A stretch of 64,000 nt of DNA. It comes from Octopus bimaculoides. Lineage: Eukaryota. Positions 28,196 through 42,259 of the stretch are shown piece by piece. How positions within the stretch are numbered: the first letter of the stretch is position 1; each line of letters begins with the position of its first letter. Below the pieces are notes generated by a model. The model ran no database searches. It was not told the DNA's origin and saw nothing but the letters and a program-made list of their open reading frames with translations. The translations under genes and the position numbers were made by a program. Location of the stretch: positions 22,320,169-22,384,168 of the forward strand of contig NC_068999.1 of the NCBI RefSeq assembly GCF_001194135.2, in the 5' to 3' direction.

Positions 28196-29261
28196 ATTTT
28201 ACTAATCCTGATGGTACGAAATTGCCAATTTTATCTCAGTAGGATTTGAAACCAGAAAGATAAGAAACTGACTTAATAGGCACCTTACAGAAGCAGCTAT
28301 TGTCTTATTGTGTACTCAGCCTTCTGTATGAGAAAACAAAAATGATCTTTACAATAGGGTTGCAGACAAAAGGTTAGAATGGTAACATAACACATACTAG
28401 AAGATGTAAGTTAAACCCAAAAACTGTGGAAAGTACAAGGTTTTGGTTAATAACAGAATGATAATGTTGTAGAAATATAACATTAAAAATACCAAGTTGA
28501 GCATGGGTGTCAAGAATGATAACAGATTTTTGACATGATCTAAGGTTTATAGGTAAAAAGAAAAATTAGTGTAGGTGTGTGCTTAACATTCATACCTTTT
28601 ACAGTAAGACAAGTGATAATGGCTACATCGAAAAGTCAACACTAGATTATGGCCTTAGCTTTTAGAAGGTTTACATTTTTGTTTGCGGGGAGGGGGATCC
28701 AGCTTATTGATAAGGGAATGATAACATACGGTAAGTATAAGATAGAGGAAGGGTAGAAACATTAACACTGGTGCATTAGATTAAATGCATTTCTGAGGTG
28801 ATAAAGGAGTCTCCATGAGGTTGCATGACATGCTAGAAATAGATGCCAAATTCCTACAAATTATACTCCACAATGTTTATAAGGAAGGACACACAATATA
28901 ATGTGGTCTTAAATATAAAACTAACAGGATGGCCATGGCTGTAATACCTTCAATCATAGTTCTGCTCAATCATAGACAGCCTAGGGCTAATCAGCAACAA
29001 ATGATATATTTCAGTATTCAGTTCAATTTCTTTGTTCTGAAAGTTGATTTTTTTTCCTTTGTTCTTTACAAAGTTGATAAACTAGGTAGCAGGCATGTAC
29101 TGAGGTTAACTTAATTAACTATTCTCCACCTTATAAAGCTGTGGCCTGATTCCAAAGTAAGAAATCAATAAGTAGTGACTATATACCTCATGCATTAAAA
29201 ATCAGAAAGAGGAAGAACATGACTCAAACCGACTTACTCAACTGATGGGAGTAATATAATA

Positions 29262-29362
29262 ATTTATTCCAAAGTTTCTCTTCAGTTCATCTAACTTTTT
29301 GGTTCTGATGACAATTGGTAACAAAGAAGTTAGATGAACTAAAGAGAAACCTTGAAATAAAT
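29262..29362. repeat. Short inverted repeat / hairpin (43-bp arms, 15-nt loop)
   Basis: Arms 29262-29304 and 29320-29362 with 5 mismatches, three of which are G-U wobbles on the minus strand. Confidence 0.85.
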
Positions 29363-31169
29363 GTTAGTCAAGCAAATACAGTACCGACAGTAGTACATTA
29401 CAATAGAACTAAACAATAGAGAAAGTGATTCAAAAGGTGGTATCAGTACATGAGCCCAATTATCTTTCATCAACTAACACTAAGTAACAGATATTTACTC
29501 ACAAAAAAGATTAAAGCTTAATGAAATGTAAGATAAAGATTGGAGAAATTGACCTTATTTTTTCTTTCATTAGTTGGCAGATACATAAAAGAAGCTTTGT
29601 GAACAAATACGTACACACATGCAAGTACATTCACCCCCAACACCAACACGCACACTATAGGCTTGGCAAAATTTCTAACTATTGTTTTAAAATTCGTCCT
29701 TCTCAGAAAATAAGCTTTCAACAGGGATACATTCTGCACCTTTTACACTAATCTTATTTATACACAAAGATCATTTGAATTTTAAACACAAAGTACCTAG
29801 CAGCTGCTTTAGAATACTAACAATAACTTTAGTGATCTAACAATGAAACAACTCCTAAGGTGTAGTTAATATTTCACACTCAAGAACTGACTCTTGTCCT
29901 TGTCCAACTCTAATCCTTGTCATCTACAGAGTTTTATTCCAGTCTTAAGAAACATGTCTGGGTATTTTTGATCCCTAAGAAGGGCAATATCCTTGACACA
30001 GCTACATCCAATTTTCAATACTTCAAACACTTAAAAGATAATGGAAAAGCTGTGACTTATTTTACAATCTTGACTTTCTTTCACACCAGTATATCTTCCA
30101 TGACTCCAGATCTCACCAGTTATTGTGTACTCTTGAGGATTTTGAGGAAAGAAATATTGTTGCACTAGACATCTGCAGAGACACCTTCTTGGTTAAATTT
30201 TCTGCTTATGGGCTTATGGGTTACAAATGCAACTCTTGCATTTAAAGTTTCCTGCCAGACCATAACATTGCTGTGCATGCAGATGGGACTCTCTCTCCAA
30301 TCCACATTTTCAACTTATATACACCAATGTTCCAGTACATCTTCCACAGTCTTCGTTCAGTATATTCACAGCTTACTTGTCACTTTCAGCAATGCATGAT
30401 ACTATCCTTCATTCCTTATAGGTTTCTACAAAAGGATCATCCATCAATATTGAAGGGAGTGTAAAGGTCATGATATTAATCCCTCTTTTTCTAACCAACT
30501 TAGGGGAAAAAAAACGTATTAGAAAATTTTTTTGAATATACTCATACAGACACACAATTTGATAATTATTGCAGAAAAATATGAATTCAATTTTCATTGT
30601 TTTTAAGATAGATGTTTATTTAATATATAGTCTCTTCAAAGAAGATGCAAGACAGTTGCATAATTTTAAAACTAAGTAGATGCAGATACAAATGATTTAA
30701 CAGAAAATCAGAAAAGGAGCATCTCAATAAATGCTTCCTTTGATTCATTGTCATTAGATATGAGTCTGCATCCAGTTACCATTTTAAAATTTATTCATGG
30801 CTCAATACCGTCACCAATGTTTCAGTGTGTGTGTATGTATGTGTGTGTGACTGCATGTGTGAGAATATACAGATAGATATTTTAAGCTAAGAGTTTCTTT
30901 TCTTCATAACAAGATATAAAATGTCTAAATGATCACAAGGCAGGGAATTAGCCACATGCCATGTAGCTAGCAGACACAGAAAACTTTCAATTACAACGAA
31001 GGCATGATCTCAGTACATAATAAACGCATATACTCTATATGACATGAGGTGCAGACTAGGGCAGCAGAATAAAACTCCATTAGATACCAAATGTACCAAC
31101 AGCTGGGACAAAGGCATATACAGGAATGATGATGTGAAACACCCAGACTGAAGAAGCCAGAAAGACCAT

Positions 31170-31471
31170 GGTGGTGCTCTAGCATGACCATGGCCGCATG
31201 GCTGGACTGGCTCCTGTGCAGGTGGCACGTAAAATACACCATTTCGAGTGTGGCAGTTGCCAGTACCTCCTGACTGGCCTTCATGCCGGTGGCACGTAAA
31301 AGCACCCACTACACTCTCTGAGTGGTTGGCGTTGGGAAGGGCATCCAGCTGTAGAAACTCTGCCAAATCAGATTGGAGCCTGGTGTAGCCATCTGGTTCA
31401 CCAGTCCTCAGTCAAATCGTCCAACCCATGCTAGTATGGAAAGCGGACGTTAAACGATGATGATGATGATA
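31170..31471 (+). mobile_element. SINE-like family A copy
   Basis: Reverse complement of the 4350 copy; ends ...cggacgttaaacgatgatgatgat. Confidence 0.85.
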
Positions 31472-31734
31472 TANNNNNNNNNNNNNNNNNNNNNNNNNNN
31501 NNNNNNNNNNNNNNNNNNNNNNNNNNNNNNNNNNNNNNNNNNNNNNNNNNNNNNNNNNNNNNNNNNNNNNNNNNNNNNNNNNNNNNNNNNNNNNNNNNNN
31601 NNNNNNNNNNNNNNNNNNNNNNNNNNNNNNNNNNNNNNNNNNNNNNNNNNNNNNNNNNNNNNNNNNNNNNNNNNNNNNNNNNNNNNNNNNNNNNNNNNNN
31701 NNNNNNNNNNNNNNNNNNNNNNNNNNNNNNATAT

Positions 31735-32320
31735 ATCATCATCGTCGTCATTTAACGTCCGCTTTCCCTGCTGGCATGGGTTGGACGGTTTGACTAAGGA
31801 CGGTTTGACTGAGACTGCAACAAGCTCAATCTGACCAGGCAAAGTTTCTACAGCTGGATGCCCTCCCTAATGCCAACCACTCCAAGAGTGTAGTGGGTGC
31901 TTTTATGTGACATAAGCATTAGCACCAATCAGGAGGTTCTGGCAACGACCATGCTCAAAAGGTGTTTTTTACATGCTACCTGCACAGGAGCCAGTCCGGC
32001 AGCAGTGGCAATAACCACGCTTGACTGTTGTTTTTCACATGACACCAACACATGTGCGGGTAGGACACCTCTGGCAATGATCACGCTCGGATGTGCTTTT
32101 AGCGTTCCACTAGCACGAGTGCCAATCAGGTACTGTGATAAGCCATGTCAGCAATTTTGATTTGTTTTCAGTTGCCTCAATATGCCTTCGCAAGTGAAGT
32201 TCATTGTTCAATGAATGAGGGGTACTCATAAGTGGGCCGGTTACACCGCACGTTCGGATGTGTTTTCAACATTCCACTGGCACGAGTGCCAATTAGGTGG
32301 TACTGTCATTGGCCACGTCA
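31735..32320 (-). mobile_element. SINE-like family A, longer and more diverged copy with more internal repeat units
   Basis: Same tail and core, CpG-decayed, with several additional ~66-70 bp units. Confidence 0.7.
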
Positions 32321-32334
32321 GCGATTTTAAGATA

Positions 32335-32800
<466 letters not shown>

Positions 32801-33399
32801 CGGAGATGTACTTGCATAGCAAGTGACCTGTCCTGAGATTGTGTGCTGGAACGAAAACAATTGCTGCGTGGAAGGTGTTTATAAGCCAGTTAAAATAACA
32901 CACAAAAGCCATCAGATTCACTTCAACATTTAGATTTAATTTGTCAGTGAACAGGTCGCGGTCTCAAAGCGACGAAAATATTTTGACAAATTAAATTTAA
33001 ATGTTGAAGTGAATCTGACGGCTTTTGTGTGTTATTTTAAATGGCTTATAAACACCTTCCACGCTGCAATTGTGTTATATATATATATATATATATACAC
33101 ATTCACAAAGCTTTGGATGGTCCAGGGCTATAGCAAAAGATACTTGCCCAAGCTACAATGCAATGGGACTGAAGTCTGGAATCAGGTAGTTAGAAAGGAA
33201 ACTTCTTAACTTCAAGCCATGCCAGCACCTATATATATACACACACAGATATAAAATGTATTCCTCAATTAATATTGTATTAGTCCCCAACATATATACA
33301 TGCGCATGAGTTGTTTATAATATACGCATTACACAATTTGCTTTTCACACATACAAGGAAGACCTTTCTTGCCAATGCTGCTTGAACTACCTTTTTTCT

Positions 33400-34720
33400 C
33401 CCTTCCTGAAGCTGCTATAATATTCCTAAAGCTACCTTCAATTAGATCATCTAATTAATAGAAACTGTCAACCTCTTATCTAGCAGCTCATCTGAACAGT
33501 TCATGAACTACCTTTAATAGTCATCCATCAAAATGCAACCTGATTTTGATAAATACAAGTTTGTCATTTCATTTGCAAATGCCAAATTTGGAATCTACTC
33601 AATTATAAATTCATTCGAATAAATTGGTAAGCAAAGTTCGATATGATAACATGTACTTACAAATTCAGTGACACAGTAAAGAAAACCTGTACTACATCTT
33701 TATTGATTTCAAGAAAATATTTAGCACATCCTTTAAAAAGGTGCCAATGAGAAGTAGAATAGCTTTGTCAATGGTCTTGTCAAAATTCTAGAACATATAT
33801 TTGAAAGATACCAATGCATCTTAGTAATGACAACATAGGAAAAGAGTTCTACATAAAAACTGTAACCAAAGAAGGATATATTGCCTTTCTCTAATAAGAG
33901 TATTTAAAAAAATTATGATAGATATCCTGGAAGATCATATTGGAACAGTCAGCAGATGATGAAAGATCTCCAATTTATGATTCTGTCATTGATTTAAATG
34001 CACAAACATATGAACCTGCTATGACAGAACATTTTCTGACATATAAATGAGTGCTAGAAACCTAACTGATGAAAAATAAAATTAGGATGAAGATGCCGGC
34101 GGCACGTGTAAAGACATTCGAGCGAGATCATTGCCAGTGCCGCTGGACTGGCTCCTGTGCAGGTGGCACGTAAAATACACCATTCTGAGCGTGGCCGTTG
34201 CCAGTACCGCCTGACTGGCTTTTGTGCTGGTGGCACTTAAAAGCACCCACCACACTCTCGGAGTGGTTGGCGTTAGGAAGGGCATCCAGCTGTAAAAACT
34301 CTGCCAAATCAGATTGGAGCCTGGTGTAGCCATCTGGTTCACCAGTCCTCAGTCAAATCATTCAACCCATGCTAACATGGAAAGCAGACGTTAAACGATG
34401 ATGATGATGATGATGATGCCATAATTTATTTTCCAAAATATCAACAACTAAGAAGTATGTAGCAGAATCAGGTATGTCATTCGTTTTCATAAAGAAATTC
34501 TTTAAAGAAACACAAGCTAAAAGGGTATCGTCATGTTTACAAGAAAACTGACTTTGCAAAGCTTTATGTCTAAAGAAAGAAAGGATGGCATCAAAAAATG
34601 AAATGGACTGTCCACTGTCAGTATTCACAAGGCAGCAAGATATCAGGATGCTTGACAGAAAATACTTATTAGACCTACACTGACTGAACAGATGTGAGAA
34701 GTTCAATGAAGATACGAATC
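33400..34720 (+). mobile_element. Degraded RTE-clade LINE fragment (RT and C-terminus), interrupted by SINE family A
   Basis: Remnants ENLYYIFIDFKK (..LYHVFIDFKKAFD-like) and ILEDHIGTVS, plus a C-terminal region after 34420; many stops. Confidence 0.5.
34095..34420 (+). mobile_element. SINE-like family A copy (inside an RTE LINE relic)
   Basis: Same sequence as the 31170 copy, with (GAT)n tail at ~34397-34418. Confidence 0.85.
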
Positions 34721-37700
34721 ATGATTTTAAATTCTATAAAATTCAGAAAAATGTTAGGTACAAGTGCAGTGAAGAAGATAAAATATAACACAAACTCTTC
34801 ATCATCCTCATTTAAAACCCACTTTTCCATGCTTGCATGGGTCAAATGGAACTTCTTGAGGGAGATTTTCTAAAGCTGAATGCCCTTCCAGTTGCCAACC
34901 CTCATCTGTTTCCAAGTAAGATATTTTTTCCCCATGATCAGACATGTTATCATGGAAGACTGGAAATGTAGGACACTGCTTGCATGATGGTGACACACAA
35001 TGTCAAAGGAGATAGTAATACATATAAGCACACACTCACATACCCCCCCCCACATACATACATGCATGCATGCATGCATACATAGACAGGCTTCTTTCAG
35101 TTTCTGGCAACCAAATCCATTCACAAGGCCTTGGTCAACATGATACAATAAAGAAGACACCTGCTTAAAGTACCATGCACTGGGACTGAACCAGAAACCA
35201 TGTGACATGGAAGGAACCTTCTTACCATATAACCATGTCTGCTCCAATCCTATGGTTGTAAATATATTTTTATGCAGGAAAACTGGATGGCAGGAGTTTC
35301 TCTTCTTTATGAATGCTTCGCTTTGTAGAGAACAAGTTGTTAGTCTTTTCATGTGGCAGCTCAACCTGCTAAAAATAGCAAACAAATCTGCCTCAAATTA
35401 CACCCAACTGTCTTTGGAAAAGACACATTGGATAATGTGGTTCTACATTCTTCTAAAATGCCTGATGATTGTGACTGGAATATCTTTGATCACAAGTTCT
35501 GCTTGATCAGAGGGGATTGAGGCAACACAACAATAAATCAATTTCATTTTTACAGAAAATGTGTTTACTAAGGCAAAGTTGACCAGTAGTGGTGAAACCA
35601 GATTACAAAAACCTGAAAATGGGGAGGGGGGAACTTTAAACAAACCTTTATCTACAAAAGCTAGATAGTTAAACATCAGTGCAAAAGAAATAAATATATC
35701 ATATAACAAAACTAATCTGGTATTATGTCGAGATATATAGACATTAAGAACCACTATAATTTCCGAAGAGGAAGATGAAATTTAGTACAGAAAATGCAAC
35801 GTTGTTTTTCTCTTTTACCACATGATTTAAAATGCCATGTCACTCTACAGGTGGAATTTTTAGTAGGGTCAGTAAGAACAATATAGTCATGCACCACATA
35901 AAAAAAATGCATGAGTGCCAGCAGTTTGTCCAAGGTCTTTAGTCCCAAACCAGTTTTTGGCTCTAGTTAGCGAAAAGCAAATTAATGACTTATAGTACAA
36001 AGATATTGAATACTAACTGGATCCAAATGAATTTCATTAGCGAATTTCATTTCAATTTTTTTTTCCTTATGAACTATATTCTTAAATAATTCATATATTA
36101 AATCGTAAGCGTTACAGTGTAATTCCAAGCAAAACCTTTTCTTCTAATTTTTCTATTCTATATAATGACAAACGTTAATTATTTTACATTTTGCTCAGAA
36201 AGTGGGGAAAGGGATTCCGGCATCTGGGTCAAAGAGAATTTCTAAAATGCACTATCCTTCGTTGGGTCATACCATTAACAAGATGGGTACACACAAACCA
36301 ACAGCGACAGTGAGGTTGCAAAGAAATGAGTTTCGTCCAGCCTCTAGAAAAGCATTAACTTATATCTTCTCGAGGGAAAGATGACTAGAAAAAAAAAAAA
36401 AAGAATCCCTGGTAGACAGGAACATCTAACATTGACTTAAGAAAAAAAAGAAAAAAAACGTTATATGATATAGCAGTAACCTTTCGATCACAATCTAATT
36501 AGAAACAGATTCTATAAAATCATTAGTCACTTCGAAATGGAATGTGGACAAAATAAAATAAATTATGAACATACCATACACATGGAAGTATGCATACATA
36601 TAGAGAATGGGGATATTTAATAATTAAAACCATCTGATATGCTCACGTATTATTACTTTCTTTATAAAATTCACTTATATACTGTTAATGAAAGAAAAAG
36701 AAAATCTAGAACTCTATTTTGAATGACTAATTTTCGGAAAAGCTTTAAGCAATAAAACATCTGCCTCAATAACTGAAAAATGCCTCAAATATGCAAATGA
36801 GACAACACGGAAAAATAGTTGAGTTTTTATGTAGGTGTGTGTATACATACATATCTGTATGTTCAATCATACATTGACTCATTAAATAGCTAAAAAAATA
36901 TAAGTTGGTGTGCTATGATTGTATAGAATGCATGTTAGTATGTAAGAGTAGTAACCAACAATATTGCTAATATGGATTAGTTAGATTTCAAGTCAGTGAA
37001 AAGAAAATAATTGAAATTAACCAAATTAACAGATATGACAACAGGCTCACTATAGGTAGATTCTAAAAGTGACAGATATAACTAGTACACACTACAAGCT
37101 AGCGTACTTGTTGCTACTGATGAATGCTGGGGCAAGATAAAAAACTAAAAATATTGTCTTCAGATGAGGGTGTGGGTCTAGAATTGGTTAACCTATATTT
37201 TTGTCTAAGAATTTTACAAGCGATATAATTTTTTTTTGAAAGTGGATGTAGTTTTATTTGAATAAGAGCAGCAAATAGAATATACTTTAGTCGAAGAACA
37301 GGATTGCCATAAGGGCCTTAGCGATTACAAAACATATAAACATAAATTACTCGCTTCAAAAATACATGCAATAAAATATTCACTACACAAACATGCGCAC
37401 TCGTCGAACACACTTGCTACACTAGTTGAATGTATCATCAGCTTTCCCATCATCAAACCTTATGCACTGAACATTTAACATTTTAAAGCTTCAATTTAAA
37501 CATGTGTTTTAAAAGTTTTATTATGTTTATCCAGTGAAAATACAATTGCTTATTCTAAATAGATCGACAGCTTCGGATGCACTATTGCTCACTGGAATGT
37601 TGTAATCTAAAAGCTAAGTAACAATAGACATAAGCTCGTTTCTGCTTTCCTTCAATTTCCCTTTCATGTAAGTTAGGAGCTTTCCTAATGACACGCACCC

Positions 37701-38356
37701 AGTCCACATATACATGTATGAGAGAGAGAAAGACAGAGAGAGTTCCAGTAATGTATTTCAGCCAAAGAGAGGCTTCTCTCATCCATTAGAGGGGTGGGAG
37801 ATCTAAAACCATTAATTAAACACTTACTAAGACATGTATTCATTGAGAGAGGTGGAGAGATTGTTTCTCATTCACTCTTACCCCGACTTCAGAAATAAAT
37901 TAATTTCATAAGAAATATCACATTTTCAAAGGAGAAATAAAAGAATATCTGAAGGCACGCTTAATTGCACAATATATATTTGTTTTGGAATTTTTGTTTC
38001 TTGTTTATTTATTTACATTCATTTTCAAAAATATGCTAAAACATGTCAATAAAATACGTAAAATTCCGGAAACTGGCATCTAAATTCTAAATAATGATAA
38101 TAATAAGGGTTTACATTAAGAAAAACGTTGATAATATAATGAAAATTGTTGTATACTGTGCTCAGGTGCACATAATTTTATCAATTTTTGCAGGAATGGA
38201 TTAAATCGACATCAGTTAATTACAAGTATTTATTTTTCGACCATTGAAGAAGATTAAGACAAAGCGGCGGAATCTGAACTTGGAAATGAAGTGGCAGGGG
38301 GCGAAACTACTACAATATATTTAGAAGCCTCTTCCACCGACACAAGACTTACGATC

Positions 38357-38396
<40 letters not shown>

Positions 38397-39691
38397 TTAA
38401 TAGTCGTGATGATGAGCTGAAAAGAAAAAAAAAAAACGACCCTTTTAATTCTGAGAGAAAACTTCCCCTGACAATGCCTTTACTGACTAGGAAAAGAAAC
38501 AGATGAAGTATCAAACCACCATCAGTGAGCATCAAAACCAAGCTTGTAACTTCTCTCCTCCAGACATTCAGATTACTTCTTTCAAACAAGAACCTGTCAG
38601 AGAACCGACAAAGAACCAAATCCTCTCACAACTAATGCCATAACATCAATAAAGTGAAACACGATACATATCAGTATTTATTCTTTTGTTAAGATCTTCT
38701 ATAATAAAAAGGGAATTAGTAGCGATCTCATTTTCAGGAGATAAACAGACATGGTATGAGTGTGAAGCTGTATTCTTCATAAGACTTTCTTCGTCAGTTT
38801 AATGGTTGACAGTTTCCGCCCCACTTTTTTCGATGGCTCTACACAAAATGCACTTCGCAGTGCATAGCCTTCGAATGAGCCAACATTTATACTCGTGCTT
38901 AATTAATGATATACAATAAAATGCATTCTGCGGTATTGTCGGCATCGCAAATGAGAAAATTAAAGAATTTTTTCCGTACACACACGCATACTTTACACAC
39001 ACACACACACAGGGAGAGAGAAAGAGAGAGATCGATCGATCCAGGCAGATTCCAAAAATGCTTAGTTTTAAATATTTTAGACTTAGATGAGAAGATTCAC
39101 TTATGCAGATGTATAGATCTGTTTAATAGATTAGGAAGAACAAACAAAACCGGTATATTATTATTGCACAAGATAGTTGCATAAAACATCAAGATACTAT
39201 TATATAGACACAAATACATGAGTAATAGTAATAAATAACTAATTAAATGTTCGAATATATGAGGACAAGCATTTAGAATTTTACATTAATCCTGTGATGT
39301 AAGGGTTTATAATGCTACTGCTATTATGTAGTTTGCAGTGTAAGAACCATTCGAGAATCAGCACTAGGAGATTCATATTGACATTAGGGTTAGTCGGTTT
39401 AGCCATCGTTGAAGCATCGGATAAGAACGACTGGTCATGTTATAATAGTCATAGCTGATTCCTTGATTCAACGGCACGCCCGCCTGCTATTCTACATTGT
39501 GACATAAGTCTGAAAAATTCGATTTTCATAATATTGCTTTTAACAACAAATGAATCATCATCTATATCAATACAATTGACGTTGACATGTACAAACAGCT
39601 GGGATAGTTCAGGGTTTGACAAATTTAAAAAGAGGAAACAAATAAGAAAATATAGGATGGTTTAGGAGAATGTTTTAGGTTCTTTACTTAC

Positions 39692-40104
39692 GGCTCTGAT
39701 TCTAAACTTTTGAGCTTTGCAACATAATTTGATGGTATATATCCTTCATGCTTAGTAGTCCGAGACCTGGCATACCACCAGTCACCCTGCGTGTCGTTCA
39801 CTATTTCCAAATGTTCTCCTTTTTTGAAACTCAAATCTTCATCTGTTCGAGCATCGTAGTCATACAAGGCAACAAATATTTTCATCTGAGAACCCCCGAA
39901 AACTTCTACAGGCGTATCTGGTTGAGTGGCTGTAGGAGTACAAGGTGTAACATTGCCCATGGTCAGCGGTGGGCTGGTAATGGGTAATACGCTCCCGGGG
40001 GAATCAGGCAGGGTACCATTGGGATCTTGTGGGGTTCGTGAACCACCACTCAGATCGCCAATGGGCCCATTTGAATCATCGGGGCAACTAAAACAGTTAC
40101 CCAT
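39692..40104 (-). CDS. Src42A: First coding exon of a Src-family non-receptor tyrosine kinase (Src42A/FRK-like): SH4 + unique region + SH3 domain
   Basis: MGNCFSC N-terminus (Gly2/Ser6 myristoylation consensus, Cys4/Cys7 palmitoylation candidates). The SH3 sequence [64 protein letters not shown] closely matches Drosophila Src42A as I recall it. Kozak ACCATGG. Phase-2 donor CC|GTAAGT starts at 39691, where the SH2 (WYF..) should follow. Confidence 0.95.
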
Positions 40105-40379
40105 GGTTCCTGATCACAAATAAAATGTATTCTTTGCGATGCCTACGGATGAGGAAATAATAAGAACCGTATCTCTTTAGTCTAGACACAGCGTCAATAA
40201 AGGATTCCCCAAACCGACATTACAGGAAGCCGTCAGCTGGAGAAAGAGGAAGATTAAGCAGATATCATTGAATTCGTTTGTTAGGCTCAGCCAGGCTGTG
40301 GCTGGGACATCAGGGTACACCTCAAAGGTGTACACTAACAAGAGGAAACAGTGAGTACTTTAAAATAACTGTGAGCTGA

Positions 40380-40565
40380 TAAATTTTCGCGGCGACCAAA
40401 TTCCTACTAAGCAATCGTTTGTTAAAGTAATAGGAAAGTGTCTGTCAATAATAACTTTAATCCGATTGGCGAATTTTATCTGTACGTTCTACAAGCAGCC
40501 AATCAAACAGACTTTATCATAACCAGCAAAAGATAAATCAACATGTGATTTGCATTGCGCATGTC
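40380..40565 (-). promoter_or_regulatory. Probable TATA-less promoter of the Src gene
   Basis: E2F-like TTTTCGCGG at 40384-40392. Two opposed full NF-Y/CCAAT boxes (CGATTGGCG ~40463-40471; AGCCAATCA 40497-40505). NRF1-like TGCGCATG at 40556-40563. Lies about 300-450 bp upstream of the ATG inside a CpG-retaining domain. Confidence 0.55.
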
Positions 40566-42259
40566 CATCGAGATACTTTCGTCTGCTAAGATCTGACAAG
40601 GAAGGAATTGTAATTCGAATTTCTTTGTAAAAAGTTTGCACTATTATGATAGAAATACAACTGGATTAAATTTAATAAATTATCGAATTAGAAGAGTGTT
40701 CCACCTTTTATTTTTGTGAAGAAACTTTCACATAAATTAAATCATTTTGTGATGCATAAATAAATATATTTTGTCAAAAGAGATTACTATAAAATTCTGG
40801 TTCATAATTTGTATTTCTGTACAATTGGAATTACAATTTTAATAGATTTAATACTTTATTTAACGTTTATTATCGCAAAAATTTAATTGATTAAAAATAT
40901 ATACTCAGTTAAAGTCAAAGAATTTCCTGAAAAGTTTTGTGTTTTATTTATTTTATCTTTATATATGATCGAAAAAAAAAAAAAGAGGAGCTAACCACGA
41001 AACACGAGGGTCTAAAGAAAGTCGAAAGTAATTCAACTCTTTTTACTGTCATCAGTGTTAGTGTCAGACGATATGTAACGCTATAACAGTAGTCCTGCGG
41101 TGTGCAACGGATTTTTAAAAGCATAATTTAAGAATCCTTGCACATTCAAAAATACAAATGTATGTATATGATACATATACAATACAAAATCACATAGAAA
41201 CGCAAATCCAAAACTGAAGAAAACTCAAACATGAGCGAAGAAAGAAAGAAACGTCAGTTTAACACTAAGTGCTTCGATTGGTCACACACAACACGGTCCA
41301 ACGAAACCTACTGAAGCAAGCCAACACGCTCGCGGCATTACCACGGACTTTAGAAAATCCATTCTAATTTAAAAAAAAAAATTTTTGTATCTTTCCTTGC
41401 GAAATGCGCCCACGGTTGCAAAATGCTGAGGACAGTAGAACTACAATACAATAAGTATAAAATAAATTTCTTTGAACTATGACTAATGTGGTGATATTTT
41501 AGGGTAAGGTGTAAGTGATAATTGAGTGATTATGATGAAATGTTAACGGGAGACATCGGAATTATAACATAGTTGCTGATGAAGAAGACAGCTTGCTTTG
41601 ATATGTCAGGCTAGGATTTAATAGCGATTTATTTAGGCAATAAGATGTTGGCGCAGATACAGTCGATTATATCAATAGTTGACTAATTCTTATTTTATTG
41701 CTCTCGGAATGACGAAAGAAAGTAAGTTTTAGTAGCTTTAAGTTTAGAAGGCAAAGGGACATAACCAAATAATGTGTAAAGTATTTTGTCAAACACTCGA
41801 CTAATTCTGTTGTACCTCTCAAATAAGAATAACAGTTTATAGTGCAGATACAAAGCTACAAATTTTGTAGCAGGCTATTGTCGATATCAACTTCAGAATT
41901 TGACTTGTAATATTTTATGGATGACGGAATGTTTAAAAGAAAAATCGACTCTAGCGAGTTTGAACACAGAACATAAAGGGACGTAATTAATACGGCAAAC
42001 CATTTAGTTGGGTTCTCTCTCAATTCCGATAGTTGACTGCTTTTGTCATATAAATAACAATGATGAAATGAGTAATATTTAGAGAGAGACAAGAAGAGGA
42101 AATTATAACAAAATAGAAATTAAGATACAAAGGAATAAATAAAAACGGTTATTTTGTCAATCTCAGGTGATGGAAAGCAAAATCTACCTCAGCACGAGCT
42201 GAACTCAAAACGTTAACGACATAACTAACAAATTACAAACCCACTACCTTCTAATGATA

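Noticed and set aside
38254-38619. ORFs with poly-Leu (-) or poly-Asn (+)
   Set aside because: Derived from an (AAT)n tract and an A-run. The frame at the nearby donor is phase 0, incompatible with the phase-2 SH2 exon.
39688-39691. In-frame TAA right after the SH3 exon suggesting a 138-aa SH3-only protein
   Set aside because: The stop lies inside the GTAAGT donor, a common by-product of a phase-2 intron. No nearby poly(A) signal supports a truncated isoform.
41080-41440. Possible non-autonomous Helitron or other repeat upstream of the Src promoter
   Set aside because: Only a vague terminal resemblance; no termini or second copy found in the window.
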